A stretch of 64,000 bases of DNA from an uncultured Pseudomonadales bacterium. Its GTDB lineage: Bacteria; Patescibacteriota; Microgenomatia; UBA1400; CAYXSR01. Both the position numbers and the translations under genes were made by a program. Location: NCBI GenBank assembly GCA_964430265.1, contig CAYSEI010000002.1, positions 20,769-84,768 on the forward strand, in the 5' to 3' direction. Shown here piece by piece: positions 58,345 to 64,000 of this stretch; position 1 is the first letter of the stretch; each line of letters starts with the position of its first letter. The notes under the pieces are model-generated. The model ran no database searches. It was given only the letters and a program-made list of their open reading frames with translations, and was not told the origin of the DNA.

Positions 58345-59655
58345 ATGCGAGTAGTTACAGATCTTCATATTCATTCAAAATATTCTCGTGCTGTATCGCC
58401 GAAGATGACTTTAAATGGATTGGCAGAATGGGCGGATAGGAAAGGTATTGATTTGATTGCCAGTGGAGATTGGACCCATCCTATTTGGATAAGAGAAATT
58501 AAAAGTAAGCTTGACCAAACAAGTGAAGGAATATATAGTCTTAAGCAAAGCAAAAGTAAAGCAAATTTCTTGTTGTCAACGGAAATTTCTTCTATATACA
58601 GAGAAGGAAACAAAACTCGAAAGATCCATAATCTTGTTTGGGTGCCTTCAATTGAAACAGCTCAAAAAACAAGTGAAAAGCTTTTAAAACAAGGAGTAAA
58701 TTTAATGAGCGACGGCAGACCGATTATTGGTCTGAGCTCCAAAGAATTAGCAGAACTTGTTTGGTCAGTTAATAAAAATTCAATAATTATTCCAGCGCAT
58801 ATTTGGACGCCTTGGTTTGCTATGTTCGGCTCCAAATCTGGGTTTGATTCCTTAAAGGAATGTTGGGGAGAATATGCAGAAAAAATCTATGCAGTGGAAA
58901 CCGGTTTGTCTTCAGATCCGGAAATGAATTGGAGTGTAAGTGATTTAGACAATTGCAGCTTAGTTTCTTTTTCGGATGCGCATTCTCCGTCTAAACTTGG
59001 CAGGGAATTAACAATTTTTGAACTAGAAAATTTGTCTTTTGAAAATATTTCAAAGGCGATAAATAAAAATATAAAAGATGAAAATAATAAGATTATAAGT
59101 ACAATAGAATTTTATCCTGAAGAAGGTAAATATCATCTATCCGGCCATAGAAAATGTGACATTACCTTTTCATCAAAAGACATTGAAAAAAGAGGAACTA
59201 CATGTCCGGTTTGTGGTAAAACATTGACTTTAGGTGTTGTTTACCGTGTAGCTGAGCTGGCAGATCAAGAAGTGAAAATAATGAAAAAGAAAAATGAAAA
59301 TGGTTTAATGCAGTATTTTAATGAAAATGCACAAGAAAGAGCACCTTATGTGAAACTAGTTCCTTTGGCAGAAATTCTTTCACAGGTTTTGGATGTTGGT
59401 GTTAATACAAAAACTGTAAAAACAGAGTATGACAAGCTTCTTGATAGAATTGGGTCTGAACTGAAAATATTAACCAGAAGTAAGATTAAAGATATTGTCA
59501 AAGTTTCAGGTAAAAAAATTGGCAATGCAATCAAAAAGGTTAGAGAAGGGGAAATATTTGTAAAGCCGGGATTTGATGGTGTATTCGGAGAAGTAAAAAT
59601 ATGGGCGGACGAAGAAGAAAAAAACCAAGAAGAGCAAATGTTTATGTTTTCATAA
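58345..59655 (+). CDS. Endonuclease Q-like PHP-fold nuclease with a C-terminal zinc finger.
   Basis: The N-terminal VTDLHIHSKYSRAVSPKMT...GIDLIASGDWTHPIW resembles the EndoQ family. A C-terminal CxxC...C/H cluster (TCPVCGK). Confidence 0.55.
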   Translation: MRVVTDLHIHSKYSRAVSPKMTLNGLAEWADRKGIDLIASGDWTHPIWIREIKSKLDQTSEGIYSLKQSKSKANFLLSTEISSIYREGNKTRKIHNLVWVPSIETAQKTSEKLLKQGVNLMSDGRPIIGLSSKELAELVWSVNKNSIIIPAHIWTPWFAMFGSKSGFDSLKECWGEYAEKIYAVETGLSSDPEMNWSVSDLDNCSLVSFSDAHSPSKLGRELTIFELENLSFENISKAINKNIKDENNKIISTIEFYPEEGKYHLSGHRKCDITFSSKDIEKRGTTCPVCGKTLTLGVVYRVAELADQEVKIMKKKNENGLMQYFNENAQERAPYVKLVPLAEILSQVLDVGVNTKTVKTEYDKLLDRIGSELKILTRSKIKDIVKVSGKKIGNAIKKVREGEIFVKPGFDGVFGEVKIWADEEEKNQEEQMFMFS

Positions 59656-59694
59656 AAATTATAAGCTTAAGTATAATAAATAAAAATTGAAAAT

Positions 59695-60345
59695 ATGTTT
59701 AAAAACAGAAAAGTAGCAGCACAAAAACTAGCTCAAGAAATCCAAAAACATAAGGAAATACAAAAAAAAGGAAACTTGGTTATTATGGGAATTCCTAGAG
59801 GAGGTGTAATCCTTTCGCAAGTAATAAGTCATAAGCTTAAATGTCCAATGGATGTGATTGTAGTTAAAAAAATTAACCCACCGCATAATGAGGAACTGGC
59901 AGTGGGTGCAATTGGAGAGACAAAAGGATCACAGCACTTAAATAACAGAATAATTGATGAACTAAATATAAAAAAAGAATATTTGAAAAAAGAAATTGTC
60001 AGAAAAGAAAAAGAAATAAAAAAAAGAGAAAGTTTTTATCGGCAAAAAAGAAAAGTATTGAAGTTAAAAAACAGAACAGTAATTATTGTTGATGACGGTG
60101 CTGCTACAGGAGAAACTATGATAGCTGCTGCCAGAGAAGTTTGGAACCATCAGCCGCAAAAAGTAATAGCAGCAGTTCCAGTTATATCCCGAGAGGCACT
60201 GGAAAAATTAGAAAAAGAAGTAGATGAAGTAATATATTTAAATTCACCAGAACTATTTTTTGCAGTCGGACAATTTTATAAACAATTTAATCAAATAAAC
60301 GATCCTCAGATATTAGAAATATTAGAGAAAGGTAAAGATGAGTAA
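59695..60345 (+). CDS. Phosphoribosyltransferase-family protein.
   Basis: PRPP-binding motif RTVIIVDDGAATGETM. Confidence 0.7.
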   Translation: MFKNRKVAAQKLAQEIQKHKEIQKKGNLVIMGIPRGGVILSQVISHKLKCPMDVIVVKKINPPHNEELAVGAIGETKGSQHLNNRIIDELNIKKEYLKKEIVRKEKEIKKRESFYRQKRKVLKLKNRTVIIVDDGAATGETMIAAAREVWNHQPQKVIAAVPVISREALEKLEKEVDEVIYLNSPELFFAVGQFYKQFNQINDPQILEILEKGKDE

Positions 60346-60643
60346 GAAAATTAAAGGAATGCAGTCTTTAAAAAATATATTGGATAATTATGATTATGAA
60401 GATAGTAAAAAATATATATCCCGTGAATTTCAAGATTATGGGCTAAGACTGGCAAAAGAACTGAATGATGAGCAGCATAAAAGTTTATATATAAAACTGG
60501 CAAAGGAGATATCACGGGGATTACTTGAAGAAGCAAGGACTTTTGTTAAAGATGCGTACAATGTTCGCAGTAAAGCAAAGCTTTTTATGTGGAAGTTAAA
60601 ACAACTACGTAAAGAAACAAATAAAGAAAAAGAGGAAAAATGA
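60338..60643 (+). CDS. Small K/E-rich hypothetical protein.
   Basis: ORF only. It is translationally overlapped with the genes on both sides. Confidence 0.4.
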   Translation: MSKKIKGMQSLKNILDNYDYEDSKKYISREFQDYGLRLAKELNDEQHKSLYIKLAKEISRGLLEEARTFVKDAYNVRSKAKLFMWKLKQLRKETNKEKEEK

Positions 60644-60909
60644 AAGCAGTACATGTATATGTATCTGGCAAAGTGCAGGGTGTATTTTATCGAGCAAATA
60701 CAAAAAACAAAGCAAATGAATTGGGAATAAATGGATGGATTAAAAACCGCAAAGACGGCAGGGTTGAAGCTTTTTTTGAAGGTGAAGATGAGAAAGTACA
60801 ACAAATGATAAGTTGGTGTTGGAAGGGATCGCCTATAGCGGAAGTTGATGATGTAATGGTGGAAGTATCAAAGTCTCAAAATTTGCAATCTTTTGAAATA
60901 AAAAGATGA
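60640..60909 (+). CDS. acyP: Acylphosphatase.
   Basis: VSGKVQGVFYR signature and GWIKNRKDGRVEAFFEG. Confidence 0.85.
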   Translation: MKAVHVYVSGKVQGVFYRANTKNKANELGINGWIKNRKDGRVEAFFEGEDEKVQQMISWCWKGSPIAEVDDVMVEVSKSQNLQSFEIKR

Positions 60910-61817
60910 AAAACAAAAAGTCCTTAGTTTTAACTTCAGGAGGGCTGGATTCTTTATTAGCAATAAAACTTCTCTTGTTAAGCAATGTTCAAGTAACCGG
61001 ATTAGTTTTCCGCTCCTGTTTTTTTGGTACAAAAAAAGCAGAAAAAGGCTGTCGGCAATTAAATATTGATTGTGTTATAAAAGATATTTCAGAAGAACAT
61101 CTGGAAATAGTTAAGAATCCTGTTTTTAACAAAGGCAAAGGAATAAATCCTTGTATTGACTGTCATTTATTAATGCTTAAAAAAGCCAAAAAAATTAAAA
61201 AAGAAAAAAACTTTGACTTTGTTGCAACAGGAGAAGTTTTAGGACAAAGGCCTTTTTCACAGAATAAAAAAGCCTTAGAAATTTTAAAAAATCAATCCAA
61301 TTTAGATGGATGTTTACTTAGGCCCCTTTCTGCTAAGCTTCTGCGTAAAACCATACCGGAAAAAAAAGGATGGGTAGATGAAAAAAACCTTTTAAATATC
61401 CAAGGGCGTTCAAGAAGTAGACAAATATATTTAGCAGAAAAACATCAAATTCATTATCCCCAGCCTGCTGGTGGTTGTATATTAACTGATTTACATTTTG
61501 CAACCGAATTAAAAAAAATGTTTTTAAAATGGCCGAATTGCAGATGCGAAGATATTAATCTTTTAAAACTAGGAAGACATTTTTGGGAAAGAAGAACATT
61601 AATTACTTTAGGCAGAAACGAAAAAGAAAACAAAAGACTTGAATTAATAAAAAAAGAGAAAGATAAATTTGTTGATCCCAAAAATTTTCCTGGACCTAGT
61701 GCATTGTTAAGAAATCTAGCTACAAAAGTTATTTCCAAAGATGTTAAAAAAGCCAGAAAATTAATTTTAAAATATTCAAAAGAAAACAAAATGAAATCTA
61801 ATCCTAGGTTCAAATAA
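60906..61817 (+). CDS. PP-loop ATPase related to tRNA 2-thiouridylase MnmA (truncated or divergent).
   Basis: SGGLDS PP-loop. NPCIDCH and FVATGE resemble MnmA's PNPCxxCN and ATGHY. The protein is about 60 aa shorter than MnmA. Confidence 0.5.
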   Translation: MKNKKSLVLTSGGLDSLLAIKLLLLSNVQVTGLVFRSCFFGTKKAEKGCRQLNIDCVIKDISEEHLEIVKNPVFNKGKGINPCIDCHLLMLKKAKKIKKEKNFDFVATGEVLGQRPFSQNKKALEILKNQSNLDGCLLRPLSAKLLRKTIPEKKGWVDEKNLLNIQGRSRSRQIYLAEKHQIHYPQPAGGCILTDLHFATELKKMFLKWPNCRCEDINLLKLGRHFWERRTLITLGRNEKENKRLELIKKEKDKFVDPKNFPGPSALLRNLATKVISKDVKKARKLILKYSKENKMKSNPRFK

Positions 61818-61837
61818 CTTATGTTATACTAGATTCA

Positions 61838-62395
61838 ATGAACAAAAAGAAAAAACTTTTACTTGCTTATTTGTCAATAATTTTTATTAAAATTACATTT
61901 AGTAATTTCAGTTTGAACTCAGTGCTTTCTTTATCTACAGTATATAACTTTATGGCTTGGTTTTTAGGTGGATTTATTGGTTGGAATCTTTTGCTTGTGG
62001 ACCAATTTGTTTGGGTTTATTTCACTCACCCAGAGGAAAACTTATCTTTTAATACTAAACACTTTATAGAAAAAGGAAATTATCTTAAAGCCATCAGATA
62101 TTTACTTCAAAATAAAGACAAACAAAATCATTTAGCGTTCAGAAATCTTTATTTTCAAATTGCTTGGCTAGTTTTGGCTTTATTTACAATCACAACTACA
62201 ATTACACTTTTTGGAAAGGCGCTTGTAATGGCAGTAGGTTTGCATTTACTTTTGGACCAGTGGTTTTCATACAAGGAAAAAGGTCATTTTGATTGGCTTT
62301 TCTGGCAATTGAATAAAAAATTAGCACAAGACGGTCAAAAGGCCTATCTTTACCTCATAACTAGCTTATTTGCAATTTTTTCTTTGATGCTGTGA
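61838..62395 (+). CDS. Polytopic membrane protein, unknown function.
   Basis: 4-5 TM helices. A 4-nt overlap with lgt. Confidence 0.4.
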   Translation: MNKKKKLLLAYLSIIFIKITFSNFSLNSVLSLSTVYNFMAWFLGGFIGWNLLLVDQFVWVYFTHPEENLSFNTKHFIEKGNYLKAIRYLLQNKDKQNHLAFRNLYFQIAWLVLALFTITTTITLFGKALVMAVGLHLLLDQWFSYKEKGHFDWLFWQLNKKLAQDGQKAYLYLITSLFAIFSLML

Positions 62396-63171
62396 ATTTA
62401 TACGGTTTGTTAATCGTTGCTGGGATAATTGCTTCTTTATCAGTTGCTCAAAGATTGAAACCGCAAAATATAAAAAAAATAGATTTATTCAACATCTTAC
62501 CCTACATTCTTTTACCGGCAATCATTGGTGCACGGCTTTACCATGTAATTGATTTTTTTAGTTATTACTCACAAAAGCCCTTACAAATTCTATATATTTG
62601 GCAGGGTGGCTTGGGAATTTTGGGGGCAATTCTTGGTGGAATAATTGGACTCTTTATTTATGCCAGAAAAGAAAAATTGGATGTTAAACAAAGAAAGGCT
62701 TTACTTAATTTAGTAAGTTTAGTAATGCCTTTGGGTCAGGCAATTGGCAGATTGGGCAACTATTTTAATCAAGAGCTTTATGGCAAGCCAACTCAATTAC
62801 CTTGGGGGATATATATAAATCTGGAAAACAGAGTAATGAAATTTAAAAAATTTTTGTATTTTCACCCTCTTTTCTTTTATGAAAGCCTTTTTAACTTAAT
62901 TGTTTTTGCTTTTTTAATTTGTTTATTGAAATACAAAAAAATAAAAATAAGTTCAGGTATATATTTCTATTTATATCTTTTGTTCTATTCTTTTGCTAGA
63001 TTTATGCTTGATTTTTTAAGAGTCAGAAATTGGGAAATATCATTACCATGGGTTGGTATGGTTGCAGTCAGCCAAGTAATTGCTATAGGTTTAATAGTTT
63101 TTTCTCTGACTCAAATAGTTCGTATTGTGCACAGAAATTTGCTGATTTTAGATGTTTTTGCAAAAAAGTAA
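62392..63171 (+). CDS. lgt: Prolipoprotein diacylglyceryl transferase.
   Basis: Lgt signature GRLGNYFNQELYG and WQGGLGILGAILGG. Confidence 0.85.
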   Translation: MNLYGLLIVAGIIASLSVAQRLKPQNIKKIDLFNILPYILLPAIIGARLYHVIDFFSYYSQKPLQILYIWQGGLGILGAILGGIIGLFIYARKEKLDVKQRKALLNLVSLVMPLGQAIGRLGNYFNQELYGKPTQLPWGIYINLENRVMKFKKFLYFHPLFFYESLFNLIVFAFLICLLKYKKIKISSGIYFYLYLLFYSFARFMLDFLRVRNWEISLPWVGMVAVSQVIAIGLIVFSLTQIVRIVHRNLLILDVFAKK

Positions 63172-63913
63172 AATCTATAGTAGAATAAACAACGGTATGC
63201 CTAAGCCTAAATATAAACGAATCTTACTCAAACTTTCTGGAGAAACCTTTTTAGGAAACCGAGAATACGGTATTGACCCTAATTTTGTAATATCCTTAGC
63301 TAAAAGAATTAAAGCAATTCAAGACCTAGGTATAGAAGTTGCAATTGTAGTAGGCGGCGGCAATATTTTCCGAGGGCTAGCAGGTGCAAAAAAAGGGATG
63401 GATAGGGTTACAGCTGACTATATGGGTATGTTGGCAACGATTTTAAACGCTTTGTCTTTAAGGTCTGCTTTTGACAATTTAAATATAGAAAATAGGGTAA
63501 TGACTGCAATTGAGATGCGTGCAGTTGCTGAACCGTATATTTATTTACGTGCAATCAGACATATGGAAAAAGGTAGAATTGTGATACTTGGAGGCGGTAG
63601 TGGACTTCCATATATGACTTCGGATACACCGGCGGTTCTAAGAGCATTAGAATTAAAATGCGATTTAATTTTAAAGGCTACGAAAGTAAATGGTGTTTAT
63701 GATAAGGATCCGGAAAAATATCCGGAAGCAAAAAAATATGCAGAAATCTCACATATTGATGCTTTAAATAATCAGGATATTACAGTAATGGATGCTTCAG
63801 CAATTTCTTTATGTATGGAAAATGATCTACCCGTAATTGTATTTAACCTATTAAAAGAAGGAAATATTAAGAGAGTTGTAATGGGAGAAGACGTAGGAAC
63901 GATAATCAAATAA
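63152..63913 (+). CDS. pyrH: UMP kinase.
   Basis: KRILLKLSGE and VVGGGNIFRG. An alternative start is the ATG at about 63197 (MPKPKYKRILL), which would remove the overlap with lgt. Confidence 0.9.
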   Translation: MFLQKSKIYSRINNGMPKPKYKRILLKLSGETFLGNREYGIDPNFVISLAKRIKAIQDLGIEVAIVVGGGNIFRGLAGAKKGMDRVTADYMGMLATILNALSLRSAFDNLNIENRVMTAIEMRAVAEPYIYLRAIRHMEKGRIVILGGGSGLPYMTSDTPAVLRALELKCDLILKATKVNGVYDKDPEKYPEAKKYAEISHIDALNNQDITVMDASAISLCMENDLPVIVFNLLKEGNIKRVVMGEDVGTIIK

Positions 63914-63943
63914 TTAAAAATATTCTGATTAACAAAGAAAATA

Positions 63944-63966
63944 GCCCCGAAAGCGGGGTTTTTTTA
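63944..63966 (+). terminator. Rho-independent terminator after pyrH (CCCCG-aaag-CGGGG followed by T7).
   Basis: A GC stem followed by a 7-T run, visible in the sequence. Confidence 0.6.
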
Positions 63967-64000
63967 ATATGAAAACATTTAAAATTATTACCTTTGGCTG

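Overview
This window is AT-rich (about 30-35% GC) with densely packed, often overlapping genes and the standard code (TGA and TAA both used as stops). Gene content (LepA, HrcA-GrpE-DnaK-DnaJ, ATP-dependent DNA ligase, EndoQ-like nuclease, FemAB-like protein, LCP, MurJ, many GT-C glycosyltransferases, sorted surface proteins) fits a Patescibacteria/CPR-like bacterium. Main blocks, in order: (1) 813-6721, small enzymes (ICMT-like, YgjP, YjbQ), a sorted surface protein and two ABC-2 permeases. (2) 6745-10770, a compact operon: DUF134 regulator, NifX-like, CDF::NifX fusion and two MinD-like Fe-S ATPases. It is followed by an unannotated antisense tRNA-Cys candidate. (3) 11842-17161 (minus), a polyprenyl-phosphate glycan module: UbiA/DPPR-like, MraY/WecA-like, GT-C and processive GT2. 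(4) 17154-23106 (minus), housekeeping genes: tatD, metG, TrpR-like, FemAB-like, UvrD. (5) 23147-34406 (plus), a large envelope glycosylation island: LCP, sulfotransferase, seven or more GT-C membrane proteins including three tandem paralogs, a PMT (GT39) fusion, and one gene broken by an in-frame TAA. (6) 34411-40639 (minus), an operon of PilN/PilO-like proteins plus Ser/Pro-rich, Cys-rich and FN3 surface proteins that share a C-terminal sorting signal (V/M)P(E/T)xG-IV(S/G)PT-TM. (7) 40671-49774: rpsT, murJ, lepA, a CIRCE-like operator, hrcA-grpE-dnaK with terminator, dnaJ and Fic. (8) 49987-63913: DNA ligase, P-type ATPase plus Ca/Na exchanger, GT28-GT2-GT28 glycolipid cluster, EndoQ-like, PRTase, acyP, MnmA-like, lgt and pyrH with terminator. 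Coordinates for features not in the ORF track were hand-derived and may be off by 1-2 nt. No CRISPR array, restriction-modification system, transposase or integrase was seen.
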